Source: Verrucomicrobiota bacterium
Lineage (GTDB): Bacteria > Verrucomicrobiota > Verrucomicrobiia > Limisphaerales > UBA9464
Assembly (NCBI GenBank): GCA_016871615.1
Contig: VHCX01000002.1
Location: 12,935 to 76,934 of the forward strand
DNA: 64,000 nt
Direction: 5' to 3'
Both the position numbers and the translations under genes were made by a program. Below the pieces are notes generated by a model, which saw only the letters and a program-made list of their open reading frames with translations, had not been told where the DNA came from and searched no databases. Positions 52,092 to 61,535 of the stretch are shown here, in pieces. Each line of letters starts with the position of its first letter. Positions within the stretch are counted from its first letter, which is position 1.

Positions 52092-52823
52092 TCAGGCGGC
52101 GGCCTCCCGGCGGGACTCCAGCGAGGCGATCATGCCGGACAGGATGGCCCGGCCGTCCTCGCTGCCGAGCAGGCCCTCGACCGCCCGGTCCGGGTGGGGC
52201 ATGAGCCCGGCGACGTTGAACCGCTCGTTGGCGATGCCGGCGATGTGGTGCACCGAGCCGTTCGGGTTGGCCGCCTCGGTCAAGGCCCCGCCCGCATCGC
52301 AGTACTGCCAGAGGATCTGCCGGCCGGCCTCGAGGCGTCCGAGGGTCGGTGCGTCGGCGAAGTAGCAGCCTTCGCCGTGGGCGATGGGGATGCGCAGCGG
52401 CGCGCCGTCGCGGGCGATCCCGGAGGTGAAGGGCGTGTCGAAGTTGGCGGTCTTCAGGAAGACCTGCTCGCAGTGGAAGCGCAGGTCGCGGTTGCGGATC
52501 AGCGCCCCGGGCAGCAGGCCGGCCTCGCAGAGGATCTGGAAGCCGTTGCAGATGCCCAGGACGAGGCCGCCCGATTCGGCGAACCGGCTCACGGCCTGCA
52601 TCACCGGGCTGAAGCGGGCGATGGCCCCGCACCGCAGCGCGTCGCCGTAGCTGAACCCGCCCGGCACGATCACCGCGTCGACGTCGCCGAGGGAGGTCTC
52701 CTTGTGCCAGACCATACGGGCCCGGGCCCCCATCGAGCGCACCGCGTGGACGCAGTCCTGGTCGCAGTTGGAGGCCGGGAACTGGAGGATGGCCAGCCTT
52801 GGGGCCTGGATGCCGGAGGTCAT
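52092..52823 (-). CDS. purQ: phosphoribosylformylglycinamidine synthase, glutaminase subunit
   Basis: [12 protein letters not shown]..., the nucleophile elbow GICNGFQIL and the C-terminal HPDR are typical of PurQ. 243 aa. Confidence 0.93.
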   Translation of the reverse strand: MTSGIQAPRLAILQFPASNCDQDCVHAVRSMGARARMVWHKETSLGDVDAVIVPGGFSYGDALRCGAIARFSPVMQAVSRFAESGGLVLGICNGFQILCEAGLLPGALIRNRDLRFHCEQVFLKTANFDTPFTSGIARDGAPLRIPIAHGEGCYFADAPTLGRLEAGRQILWQYCDAGGALTEAANPNGSVHHIAGIANERFNVAGLMPHPDRAVEGLLGSEDGRAILSGMIASLESRREAAA

Positions 52824-53065
52824 TCCACGATCTCCAGGCGGTAGTCCTCGATCACCGGATTGCTCAGGAAGCGTCGCGCGGCCTCGTTCAGGGCGCGCTC
52901 GGCCTCGGGGGCCGAGGTGCCGGGGGCGAGGTCGATCTCGATGTACTTGCCCATGCGGACCCCGGCCACCCCGGCGTATCCCAGGTGTTCGAGGGCGCTG
53001 GCGACGGTCTTGCCCTGTGGATCGAGCACGGCCTTCTTCGGGGTGATGACGAGCTTGGCTTTCAT
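52820..53065 (-). CDS. purS: phosphoribosylformylglycinamidine synthase subunit PurS
   Basis: 81 aa, MKAKLVITPKKAVLDPQGKTVASALEHLGYAGVAGVRMGKYIEIDL... is canonical PurS. 4-nt overlap with purQ. Confidence 0.9.
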   Translation of the reverse strand: MKAKLVITPKKAVLDPQGKTVASALEHLGYAGVAGVRMGKYIEIDLAPGTSAPEAERALNEAARRFLSNPVIEDYRLEIVE

Positions 53066-53308
53066 GGTCGGCGGGAACGCGGACGGGAGTGGAGGATGGG
53101 TCAGGCGCCCGAGCGAGGTGAAGCCAATTCCCCGCCAGCTCCCGGGCGCGGCCGATTCCACGCGCAGCCGCACCCCGGGGCCCCGGACGGCGCGTACCGG
53201 AATTGGGGGAATGGGACAGGCCCGAATTGGACGCTTGCCAGTCGGTCGCCGGCCGATAGGCTCACGGTTCTTTCCGCTGGATGCCCCAGCGGTTCAATCC
53301 GTCCCAAT

Positions 53309-53869
53309 ATGGCCGTCAACGCGAACGAACTCCGCAAGGGTCAAGCGATCCAGTACAACTCCGACATCTGCGTCGTCCTCGAGGTCACGCACCGGACCCC
53401 GGGCAACCTGCGCGCCTTCGTGCAGGCCATCCTGCGCAGCATCCGCACGGGCAAGAGCATGGACGTGCGCTTCGGCTCGGCGGAGAAGGTCGAGACGGTG
53501 CCGCTGATGACCCGCAAGATGGAGTTCAGCTACAAGAGCGGCGACGACTTTGTCTTCGTCGACCCCGAGAGCTACGAGGAGGTCACGGTGACCCCGGAGT
53601 TTGTCGGCGACGCCAAGAATTACCTGACCGAGAACAGCCAGGTGACGATGACCTTCGTCGAGGAGAAGGCCGTGATCATCGAGCTGCCCTCCAGCGTGGT
53701 GCTCACGGTGACCGACGCCCCCGAGGGGCTCAAGGGCGACAGCGCCAACAACGTGCAGAAGACCGTGACGCTGGAGACCGGCGTCGAGATCAACGCGCCG
53801 CTGTTCATCAAGACCGGCGAGAAGATCAAGGTCGACACCCGCACGGGCAAGTACATGGAGCGCGCCTGA
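53309..53869 (+). CDS. efp: translation elongation factor P
   Basis: 186 aa. Three-domain EF-P similarity, including GLKGDSANN and PLFIKTGEKIKVDTRTGKYMERA. The loop tip reads TPGNLRAF (see findings). Confidence 0.93.
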   Translation: MAVNANELRKGQAIQYNSDICVVLEVTHRTPGNLRAFVQAILRSIRTGKSMDVRFGSAEKVETVPLMTRKMEFSYKSGDDFVFVDPESYEEVTVTPEFVGDAKNYLTENSQVTMTFVEEKAVIIELPSSVVLTVTDAPEGLKGDSANNVQKTVTLETGVEINAPLFIKTGEKIKVDTRTGKYMERA

Positions 53870-53975
53870 ATGGAGCGCCCCTGAGCCTGGCGCCCGTCAT
53901 CCGGACCGGTCGGGGATTGCCCTCCCGGCGGCAACGGCCCCCGGGGCTCCCCGTCCTCCGTCGCCTCTTGGCATG

Positions 53976-54016
53976 AAGGCCTGTCCCGCAGACAGCGGGG
54001 CAGGCCTTGCCGTTTC
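53976..54016 (+). terminator. probable Rho-independent terminator of efp
   Basis: 14-bp stem aaggcctgtcccgc / gcggggcaggcctt (one G-U pair), 5-nt loop agaca, then gccgTTTc. The U-tract is short, hence moderate confidence. Confidence 0.45.
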
Positions 54017-54098
54017 GGGGGGAGTGCCACGGATGCACGGCCCGGGCCCAGACAGGCCCCGGCCCGGGCAGGAGTCCGAGCCCGCCTCTCGGTTCCGG

Positions 54099-57000
54099 TC
54101 ACTCCTCCCAGTCGCAGAGGGCCGAGACGGCGGCAGCGGACCCGTCTCGCAGCCAGCCGTCGAGCTGCGCCGGGTCCTTGAGCTGCTGGCCGCGGATGCG
54201 GGGCACCACCACGAAGCGGGTGTCGATGTCGTCCAGGGCGCTCAGGTCGCCCCAGAGCTTCTCGAACTGGGTGACCGGAAAGACGTCCTCCTGGCCATGG
54301 CCCCAGCGCTTCTTGACCTCCTTCAGGGTCACGTAGGTCGGCAGGCGCCCGGCCAGGCCCCGGATGGCCGCCGCGATCCGGGCGTCGTCCTGCGCGAGGA
54401 TGTCCGCACGGGTCAGCCCGAAGGCCTCGAGCAACCGGTCGAGGTGGATCCACGTGGTCATCGAGTTGTAGAAGCGCAGGCGGAACTCGTCCTCCTCGCG
54501 CGGCATCGCCAGGCCCTCGACCAGCCGCGGCCGGCCATTCACCCGCGCCAGCCCGCCTCCGCGGTCCTCGAGCCGTCGGCCGATCACCTCGAAGGTCAGG
54601 CAGGCCCCGCTGAGCAGGTGCTGGCCGAGCAGGCCCGGATCCACCGAGGCGCCGAGCGTGTCGATGTTGTGCAGGAGCAGGTACTTGAGCTGGGGACGCT
54701 CGCCCAGCAGCCCGGCCAGCATGCCGTTGCGGAAGAGGTTGGGCACCTCGAAGAAATGGCCCACCGGGTGCAGGCATTGCAGCGGCAGGTTGTCGGTGTA
54801 GTCGGAGGCCTCGCCGGCCGAGCGGGCCCAGCCGATCAGCGCCGATCGCAGGCTCTCGCGCACCTTCTGCTGCTGCACGTCGAGCACCTGCTGCGGCATC
54901 TCCTCCCAGGCGAAGCGCAGGTCGCGCTCGGTGGGGATGAGCCTCAGCCCGACGCTGCGGCCGGGGGACAGCAGGAGCGGACCGGGATACCTGTAGCCCC
55001 CGGCCTCCCGCAGCCACGCCTCGGTCGGACCCTGCGTGAGGTAGCTGGTGCTGAAGAGATGCGGCAGCGCGTGGCCGGCGAGACGGCCCGAGCGGCGGGA
55101 CTTGGCGAGATGGGTCTCGAGGAAGGTCCGGTGACGGCCGGCCAGCTTGGCGAAGGGATGCAGCGCCTTGCAGGTTCCGGCCCCGCCCGTCCAGCGCGAG
55201 CCCGCCCCGGCCGCCAGCGTCACCACCGCGACCTCGCCCGCCCGCAACGCGGCCTCGCCGGCGGCCACCGCCTCGGGTGCAACGCGGGTGCCCGAGAAGT
55301 CCCAGCGGACCAGGTCGTCGTCCTCCACGTCCTCGATGCGGCTGTCGGCCCGCAGGCGGTTCTGGGCCAGGCCGATGCGGCCCTCCCGCAGGTCGGAGCG
55401 GATCTGCTCGTGCTGGGTTGGGTCGAAGCCGTTCTGCCCGAGCAGCGAGCGCAGGTCGTCGCGCCCGGAGGCGCCTCCCCGGGGCCGGGGCAGCAGCGTC
55501 TCGAAGAGGCTGGTGATCAGCCCGGCCAGTTCCGGCCGCGACCGGGCCGCCATTCCGACGCGGTCCAGCTCGGCCCGCCGGGCGGCGGTCAGCGAACGGC
55601 GGTCGGCTCGCAGGAGCGCCGGCACCGTGAGGGCGTAGTACCCCGGGGGCATCAGCGCTTCGTCCCCGCCGAGCAGGTCGGCCACGGTGCCGTGCTCGTT
55701 GATGGCGTAGTCGAAGACCACCGGGTCCATGGCGAAGGGCAGCGCCGCGGCCAGCGACCGCTTGGTCTCGAGCATCAGCTCGCGCAGCCGGGTCAGCGCC
55801 TCGGCCTTGCGCGCGGGCGCAAAGATGAAGCCCATGCCCCCGCCCGACATGCCTCCGAGCATCCAGAAGCCCCAGAAGTCGTCGCCGAACTCGGTCTCAC
55901 AGCGGGTGATGAGCCGCTCGGTGAAGTCGTTCGAGGCCCAGGGGATGATGGTCTGCAGCGGCTGCCGGAAATTGCGGGTGGTGGCCCGGGCCACCGCCCG
56001 GATGTCGCCCCGCCGGAGCGCGTTGATCACCTCGTCGAGCACGCCGAGGGCCTCCTGCCGGCCGGCCCACTCGGCGGCCGAGCGCAGCAGGTACTTCTCG
56101 GTCACCATCTCGAGGATGGGGCCCACGTTCTGGGCCATGCCGCCGTGCACCACCACCAGCGAGTCCATGAGGGCCCGCCGCGACGATTCCGGGATCTCCT
56201 GCCGGCTGAAGACGTGGTGGGTCGGCATGAGGCAGCCGCGCGACACGCCGAACTCCGCGTCGCCCTCGCCCGCGGCCACGCCCGTGATGAGCTTGATGCC
56301 CGGCCAGATGCCCCCGGAGTCCTGCCATCCGCCGCCCGAGCCGCCGAGCCATTCGCCCAGGAGGGCCCGAGCCAGCACCAGCCGGCGTTCCGACTCGTCC
56401 AGGGGACCGGTCAAAGAACCCGCCTGCCCGGTGGCCCGCATGCAGACGCTGATGAGCGAGCCGAGCAGGTTGGTGCTGACGGCCAGCCGCGAGCCCTTGG
56501 GGATGTCGTTGACACACGAGCACAGTTCCAGGCCAAGGCCCGGGCCGACGATCCGGGCCAGCAGGTCGGCCAGCGACCGGCCCGAGCCCTCGATGCCGGG
56601 AGGCACCAGCCCGGAGGCGATCACGGCCGCCTTGAGCAGCCCGAGATGGTCCTTGGCGAAGTCGAAGACCTCCGCCAGCGAGGCGATGTCGGCGGTGGCA
56701 CCCAGGTCCACCGAGGTGAGCCGCAGCACCGGCTCGTCCAGCACCCGCAGCCAGGCGCTGACCGGTGGCCGGGGCCCGGCATCACGTCCGTGCACGCCGA
56801 GGTCCACCGACAGGTTCAGCACCCGGGCCCCCTCGGGATAGTCCATGCCCAGGAAGAAGATGTCGGACCAGGCCGAATGGGTGAGGTCCATGCGCACGGG
56901 GGTCCGCTCGCGCAGGATGGGATGGGTGCCGTCGGCCGAGCGCTGCAGCAGCTCGGGCCGGAGGCGCAGCGGCTGGTCGGCCGGGTGGCCCATGCGGAAC

Positions 57001-57509
57001 ATCCACTGGTTGCCACGCACGGTGCGCACGCTCCGCCGGACCTGGTCGGCGAGGGTCTGGAAGGCCAGCCGGTGGTAGGCGGTTGCGAGGGCCGAACAGA
57101 GGCCGTCGGAGGGCACCCCGGCCCGTTGTTCGGCCAAGAAGCCGTCGATGGCCTCCTCGAAGCGCCGGTGCAGCAGGTGCTCGAACCCGGAGAACGGGAT
57201 CAGGCCGGCGTGGGTTCCCCGGCCCGCCGGCCCGCCGGAAGCCGACGAGGCCAGCCGGGGCGGCAGGTGGTAGCGGTGCAGCGCCGCCAGGAAGAACAGC
57301 GCCCGCACCCGCTCGTAGAGGTTCTGCGCGTCCCGCCGGAATCCGTCGAGGGCCTCGCAGGCCGTCCGCAGGTCGGCGAGGCTCGCCGCCCCGGCCCAGG
57401 CCTCGAGCGGACGGTCCCGCACCGAAGGCTCTGGCGACGTGATGAGCTCGATGAGCGGATGGGCCGGCACGATGGGCCGACCATCCCCGAAGGCCTTCCA
57501 CCCCGTCAA
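54099..57509 (-). CDS. three-part fusion: unknown N-domain + fucokinase-like GHMP kinase + UDPGP-family NDP-sugar pyrophosphorylase
   Basis: 1136 aa. Residues ~330-600 carry IPKGSRLAVSTNLLGSL (degenerate PxGSGLGSS), GGSGGGWQDSGG (fucokinase hallmark GGGWQD) and GGMSGGGMGFIF (GHMP motif III). Residues ~740-1136 carry VTLAAGAGSRWTG (GxGT/SR nucleotidyl-transferase loop) and LLLHNIDTLGASVD (UDPGP NxDNLG block). The start codon is TTG 57509 or GTG 57470. Confidence 0.75.
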   Translation of the reverse strand: MTGWKAFGDGRPIVPAHPLIELITSPEPSVRDRPLEAWAGAASLADLRTACEALDGFRRDAQNLYERVRALFFLAALHRYHLPPRLASSASGGPAGRGTHAGLIPFSGFEHLLHRRFEEAIDGFLAEQRAGVPSDGLCSALATAYHRLAFQTLADQVRRSVRTVRGNQWMFRMGHPADQPLRLRPELLQRSADGTHPILRERTPVRMDLTHSAWSDIFFLGMDYPEGARVLNLSVDLGVHGRDAGPRPPVSAWLRVLDEPVLRLTSVDLGATADIASLAEVFDFAKDHLGLLKAAVIASGLVPPGIEGSGRSLADLLARIVGPGLGLELCSCVNDIPKGSRLAVSTNLLGSLISVCMRATGQAGSLTGPLDESERRLVLARALLGEWLGGSGGGWQDSGGIWPGIKLITGVAAGEGDAEFGVSRGCLMPTHHVFSRQEIPESSRRALMDSLVVVHGGMAQNVGPILEMVTEKYLLRSAAEWAGRQEALGVLDEVINALRRGDIRAVARATTRNFRQPLQTIIPWASNDFTERLITRCETEFGDDFWGFWMLGGMSGGGMGFIFAPARKAEALTRLRELMLETKRSLAAALPFAMDPVVFDYAINEHGTVADLLGGDEALMPPGYYALTVPALLRADRRSLTAARRAELDRVGMAARSRPELAGLITSLFETLLPRPRGGASGRDDLRSLLGQNGFDPTQHEQIRSDLREGRIGLAQNRLRADSRIEDVEDDDLVRWDFSGTRVAPEAVAAGEAALRAGEVAVVTLAAGAGSRWTGGAGTCKALHPFAKLAGRHRTFLETHLAKSRRSGRLAGHALPHLFSTSYLTQGPTEAWLREAGGYRYPGPLLLSPGRSVGLRLIPTERDLRFAWEEMPQQVLDVQQQKVRESLRSALIGWARSAGEASDYTDNLPLQCLHPVGHFFEVPNLFRNGMLAGLLGERPQLKYLLLHNIDTLGASVDPGLLGQHLLSGACLTFEVIGRRLEDRGGGLARVNGRPRLVEGLAMPREEDEFRLRFYNSMTTWIHLDRLLEAFGLTRADILAQDDARIAAAIRGLAGRLPTYVTLKEVKKRWGHGQEDVFPVTQFEKLWGDLSALDDIDTRFVVVPRIRGQQLKDPAQLDGWLRDGSAAAVSALCDWEE

Positions 57510-57560
57510 CGGTCCGGACCGCTCCGCGGCGCTGGAGATGCGCCTCCTCGACCGGTTGGA

Positions 57561-60500
57561 TCAGCGGTCCCGGCGGCCGAGGCCGGCGAGGTAGCCGATG
57601 AGGTCGCGCAACTCGTCCTCGGCCAGCGCGTCGACCAGGCCGGCGGGCATGATGGATCCGGCCTGGGCCTGGGAGACGATCCCGCTGCGGGCCAGGCGCA
57701 GGGGTTTCCGGGTGGCGGCGTCGAGCAGCACGACTTCCTGCTCCGAGGTGCTCTCGATGCGGCCCTGGACCTCCTCGCCGTTCCGCAGCGTCACGTTCCA
57801 GCTCATGAAGCCCTCCTTCACTTCGGCCTGGGGCTCGAGGATGGCCCGCAGGATGAACTCGGGCGTCTGGGCGGTGCCGAGGGCCCCGAGGTCCGGTCCG
57901 AGGCCCGGCTGCGAGGCGCCGACCCCGTGGCAGGCGGTGCAACCCAGCTCGGCCTGCGCGAAGATCCGGGCTCCCCGGGCGGCATCGCCCGAGGTCGACA
58001 CCGTCTGCAGGAAGGTCGTCCGGGCGGCCGGCGAGGCCAGCCGCTCCGTGAGGGTCGGTCCGGAGGAGGCCCGGCCGACAGCCGGTCCCAGCACCGGCGC
58101 CAGCTCCGGGATATTCCGGCCGGCCTGCGCCAGGAAGGCCGCCAGCCCCCGGGCCGAGGCGGGGTGGGGCGGGGTGGCCTGCAGCGCCCGGGCCAGTGAT
58201 GGCGCCCCCCTGGGTTGCCGAAGGATCGGGGCGGCGACCGCCTCGATCGAGGCGGCGTCGGTCTCCCGGGCGAGCACCTCGGCCGCCAGGCGGGCCGAGG
58301 TGTCGGGGTCACGGGCCGGCAAGGCGGCGGCGGCGGCCGTCTTCAGGGCCCGACCCGCCCCCGGCCCGGCCGCCCGGAGGATGCGGCCGGTGTGTTCCGG
58401 GGCGGGGAAGAGCGCCAGCCCAAGGATGGCCCCGACCCGGACGGCCTCCTCCGTGTCCGCCGCCTCGACGAGGCGCGCCACGTCGGCCTCGAGGCCGACC
58501 ACCTGCCAGCGGCCGACGAGCCGGGCGGCGGCGGCGCGGATCGCGGCGTTCGTTCCGGCGAGCAGAGGCGCCAGCGCGGGACGGACATCCTGGGAGGGTT
58601 TGAGACCGGAGTCGCGGCCGAGGGCGTCGAGCCGCAGCAACGCCCGGGCGTGGGCCCCGGCATCGTGGGCCGCCCCGACGGTGTGGGTCCGAGGGGCCAG
58701 GAGCAGCGGGAGGTCCTGCGGGCGCGCGGCGGCGAGGACCGATTCGACCAGCGAGGCTTGCGTGTCGGCCGGCAGGGCCACCTCCTGCACCCGGCGCAAC
58801 CGCGTCGCGGCCTCGTCCACGGTGTCGGCGCTGCGGTCGGCGCGCGTGAAGGCATCCTTGCGTCGTTGGCTGCCGCCGAAGGCCAGGGATCCCCGGCCGT
58901 AGGGGCCTTTCCACAACGGCTTGAGCGCATGCACGCACTGGGTGAAGGCATACGTGATCGGCGCCTCCTCGGGCCCTTCCATGGCGAGCGAGGCCACCTC
59001 GACCGCCCGGGCGTCCGGCACGTAGGCGCAGGCGACCACGGCCTCCAGGCGCACCCTGGGTTGGGCATCGGTGGCGAGGCGTCCGAGGATCTCCAAGGGA
59101 TCCATAAGGCGTCCGGCCCAATGACCGGTGACGCGTGCCGCGCGGGCGCGGTGGTCGGGGTCGGGTGAGCGCGACAGCGCGGCGAGGAAGTCCGGCTCGG
59201 GCACCTCATGCGCGGCGAGGATGCCGATGGCCTCGTTCAACCGCTCCAGACGGCCCTCGCCCGACGGAGCGGCGGCGACCCAGGCGCGCACCCCCGCGAC
59301 GACCGCCTCGGTCGGCCGGTCTTTGAGCACCCGGGCGGCGAGCTGCCGGTTCCAGCGCTCGGGCGAGAGCAGCGCGTCGAAGAGTGCGGGCAATGCCGCC
59401 TTCTCGAGGGGGGCAGGTGCCTTCAGGGGGACCCTGCCGTTGGCGGTGACACGCCAGATCCGGCCGCGCGTCCTGTCGCGGTCGGGATGACGGAAGCTGG
59501 TCTGGTAGTGCCCGATGAGCGAGTTGAACCAGTCGCAGAGGTACAGTGCCCCATCGGGACCGAAGCGCACGTCCACCACGCGGAAGGCGGTGTTGGTGGA
59601 CTCCACCAAGGGTGGCAGGCGGTCGACCTGGAAGCTCGCGCCTTTTGGAGTCATGCGGAAGCGCTCGACGCTGTTGTGCAGGTAGCCGCCGGCCACGAAT
59701 TCGCCACGGTGTTCGGGGAGCCAGTGGCCGTTGTCGGCGATGTCGGCGCCGCCGAACTTGCGGCCCTGGTTCCAGAGCGGCGGATGCGCCTCGAAGTGCT
59801 CGGTGCGGATCATCGCCTGGGTCAGGTGGGCGATGCCGTGCCCGTTGCCGGCGAACACGAAGGGCTGGCCGGCGCGGTCGAAGGTGGTGCCGAAGGGATT
59901 GTGGGCGCCCATCGCGCCGTCCCAGAAGGCGTCGAGCCGCAGGCTGCGTGGCCAGAAGCGCCAGAGGCCGGCCTGGTGCAGCGTCTCGTTGCCCCACGGG
60001 GTCTCGATGCGGCTCACCGCATGCAGGCCCTGGCTCATCATCAGCTCGCCCGACGGTCCCCAGGTGAAGGAGTTGAGGGTCTGGTGGGTGTCGCCGGTGC
60101 CGAAGCCGCTGAAGATCACCCGCCTCAGGTCGGCCTTGCCGTCGCCGTCGGTGTCCTTGAGGAAGAGCAGCTGGTCGGCCGCGCCCACGTACACACCGCC
60201 GTCGCCCAGCTCGAGCCCCAGCGGCATGTGCAGACGGTCGTCGAAGACCGTGGTCCGGTCGGCGCGGCCGTCGTGGTCCGTGTCCTCGAGCACCACGATG
60301 CGGTCGCGCGGGGTCTCGCCCGGGCGGAGCTGCGGGTAGCTGGTGGTCGTGGCCACCCACAGGCGGCCGTCGCCGTCGAAGCGGATCTGCGTGGGCTTGA
60401 CCACGCCACCTTCCTCGCTGGCGAAGAGGCTGATGGAATACCCGGGCAGGGCCCGGAGCGTGGCCAGTTCCTCGTCCGGGGTCTGGGTGGCGACGAGCGG

Positions 60501-60587
60501 CCACGGGGCGAACAGGCCGAGGGTCGCCGCGACGAGGGCCCGGGCGAGGCCGGGGCGGAGGGTCGGAAACCGGTGGAGGCGGATCAT
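57561..60587 (-). CDS. PVC-type membrane-bound-dehydrogenase-domain / HEAT-repeat / cytochrome c protein
   Basis: 1008 aa. Signal peptide, then a beta-propeller region with DTDHDGRADR and DTDGDGKADL calcium-type loops. HEAT-like helical repeats occupy the middle. The C-terminal haem motif is CTACHG. Confidence 0.8.
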   Translation of the reverse strand: MIRLHRFPTLRPGLARALVAATLGLFAPWPLVATQTPDEELATLRALPGYSISLFASEEGGVVKPTQIRFDGDGRLWVATTTSYPQLRPGETPRDRIVVLEDTDHDGRADRTTVFDDRLHMPLGLELGDGGVYVGAADQLLFLKDTDGDGKADLRRVIFSGFGTGDTHQTLNSFTWGPSGELMMSQGLHAVSRIETPWGNETLHQAGLWRFWPRSLRLDAFWDGAMGAHNPFGTTFDRAGQPFVFAGNGHGIAHLTQAMIRTEHFEAHPPLWNQGRKFGGADIADNGHWLPEHRGEFVAGGYLHNSVERFRMTPKGASFQVDRLPPLVESTNTAFRVVDVRFGPDGALYLCDWFNSLIGHYQTSFRHPDRDRTRGRIWRVTANGRVPLKAPAPLEKAALPALFDALLSPERWNRQLAARVLKDRPTEAVVAGVRAWVAAAPSGEGRLERLNEAIGILAAHEVPEPDFLAALSRSPDPDHRARAARVTGHWAGRLMDPLEILGRLATDAQPRVRLEAVVACAYVPDARAVEVASLAMEGPEEAPITYAFTQCVHALKPLWKGPYGRGSLAFGGSQRRKDAFTRADRSADTVDEAATRLRRVQEVALPADTQASLVESVLAAARPQDLPLLLAPRTHTVGAAHDAGAHARALLRLDALGRDSGLKPSQDVRPALAPLLAGTNAAIRAAAARLVGRWQVVGLEADVARLVEAADTEEAVRVGAILGLALFPAPEHTGRILRAAGPGAGRALKTAAAAALPARDPDTSARLAAEVLARETDAASIEAVAAPILRQPRGAPSLARALQATPPHPASARGLAAFLAQAGRNIPELAPVLGPAVGRASSGPTLTERLASPAARTTFLQTVSTSGDAARGARIFAQAELGCTACHGVGASQPGLGPDLGALGTAQTPEFILRAILEPQAEVKEGFMSWNVTLRNGEEVQGRIESTSEQEVVLLDAATRKPLRLARSGIVSQAQAGSIMPAGLVDALAEDELRDLIGYLAGLGRRDR

Positions 60588-60593
60588 GGCGGG

Positions 60594-61535
60594 TCAGCGG
60601 GTGTTGGCGGTGGGCAGGGCCGTCGCGAGGGCGGCGAGCGCATCGGCCTTGCGGTCGGCGGCCTGGAGCAGGGGCACGAACTGCTCCATCTCGGCCGGGA
60701 ACCAGCGGACCTTCGGATCCCGGTGGTCGCGGCTGCTGGGCTGTTCGGTGCGGTCGCCCGCGAGGAAGGCCCAATTCGTCGGACGGGTGTAGCCCTTCCA
60801 GAGCGTGTTTCGCTCGACCAGCGCCTGCCGGAGGGCCTCCCACGACGGCTCGCGGAAACGGCCCGCCTCGTCGACCGGAGGCACCGCCCGCCCCCCGAGC
60901 CACGGCCCCAGCGCCGCCGCCGCGATGCGGGCGTGTCCGGCGTCGCTGAGCCGGCGGCCGTCCTCGGAGAGACCCCGGCGGCCTCGGGCCGCCTCGAAGA
61001 CGTCGAGGAGCGCCAGGTTCCGACGCCGGGCGATCCGGCGGATGCCCTCGGCGTAGGCCTCGACCGGCGGCGGGTCGGGGCGCACGACCGGGGCCGGAGT
61101 GGCCAGCACCACGCGGACGCCCATGACCCGGAGGTCGACCACCCACTGGTCGAGCCGCTCGGCGAAGGCGTCCAGCCGGTCCATGCCGGCGAAGGCCTCG
61201 CCCTGGCCGAAATCGAGCACGCAGACCGTCGCCTTCGCCTCGGCCACCTGGCGCAGGGGCGTCGGGTAGTTCACGTCGCGCAACTGGCTATAGACGGTGT
61301 CGCCCTCCCGCGCGAGGTTCAGCACGCGCAGCCGGTGGCCGGGGTGGGTGGCCATCAGGAGCGTCTCCCAGTGGGCGCCCCGCGCGCGCGCCTCGGCCGT
61401 GCCGCCTCCGAGCAGCGCGATCACGTCGTTGGTGCGCAGGGCGTGCGACGGCCCGGGGCCCTGGGCCTGGGCCGCGACCGGGGTCCAAAGGCTCCAGAGC
61501 ACCGCGCCGACCAGGATCCAGGGGAAGCGGTTCAT
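60594..61535 (-). CDS. SGNH/GDSL-like hydrolase-fold protein (catalytic motif degenerate)
   Basis: Signal peptide MNRFPWILVGAVLWSLWTPVAAQA. The layout is SGNH-like (VIALLGGGTAE..., NLAREGDTV, VLDFGQGEAF, RVVLATPAP), but block I reads GGGT rather than GDS. It ends 6 nt before the next gene. Confidence 0.45.
   Translation of the reverse strand: MNRFPWILVGAVLWSLWTPVAAQAQGPGPSHALRTNDVIALLGGGTAEARARGAHWETLLMATHPGHRLRVLNLAREGDTVYSQLRDVNYPTPLRQVAEAKATVCVLDFGQGEAFAGMDRLDAFAERLDQWVVDLRVMGVRVVLATPAPVVRPDPPPVEAYAEGIRRIARRRNLALLDVFEAARGRRGLSEDGRRLSDAGHARIAAAALGPWLGGRAVPPVDEAGRFREPSWEALRQALVERNTLWKGYTRPTNWAFLAGDRTEQPSSRDHRDPKVRWFPAEMEQFVPLLQAADRKADALAALATALPTANTR

Noticed and set aside
53066-53308. Possible ZTP (pfl) or purine riboswitch in the purS leader, prompted by a GACTGGC-like string on the minus strand.
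   Set aside because: Only one short block matches. The second sub-domain consensus (CCGCCUGGGC-like) and the pairing elements are absent. An Infernal scan would be the decisive test.
53973-58199. 1408-aa plus-strand ORF, the longest in the track.
   Set aside because: It is antisense to the kinase-pyrophosphorylase fusion and the start of the dehydrogenase gene. Its composition is dominated by R/G/P/A/E/Q low-complexity sequence with no recognisable domain, whereas the opposite strand shows clear GHMP and UDPGP motifs.
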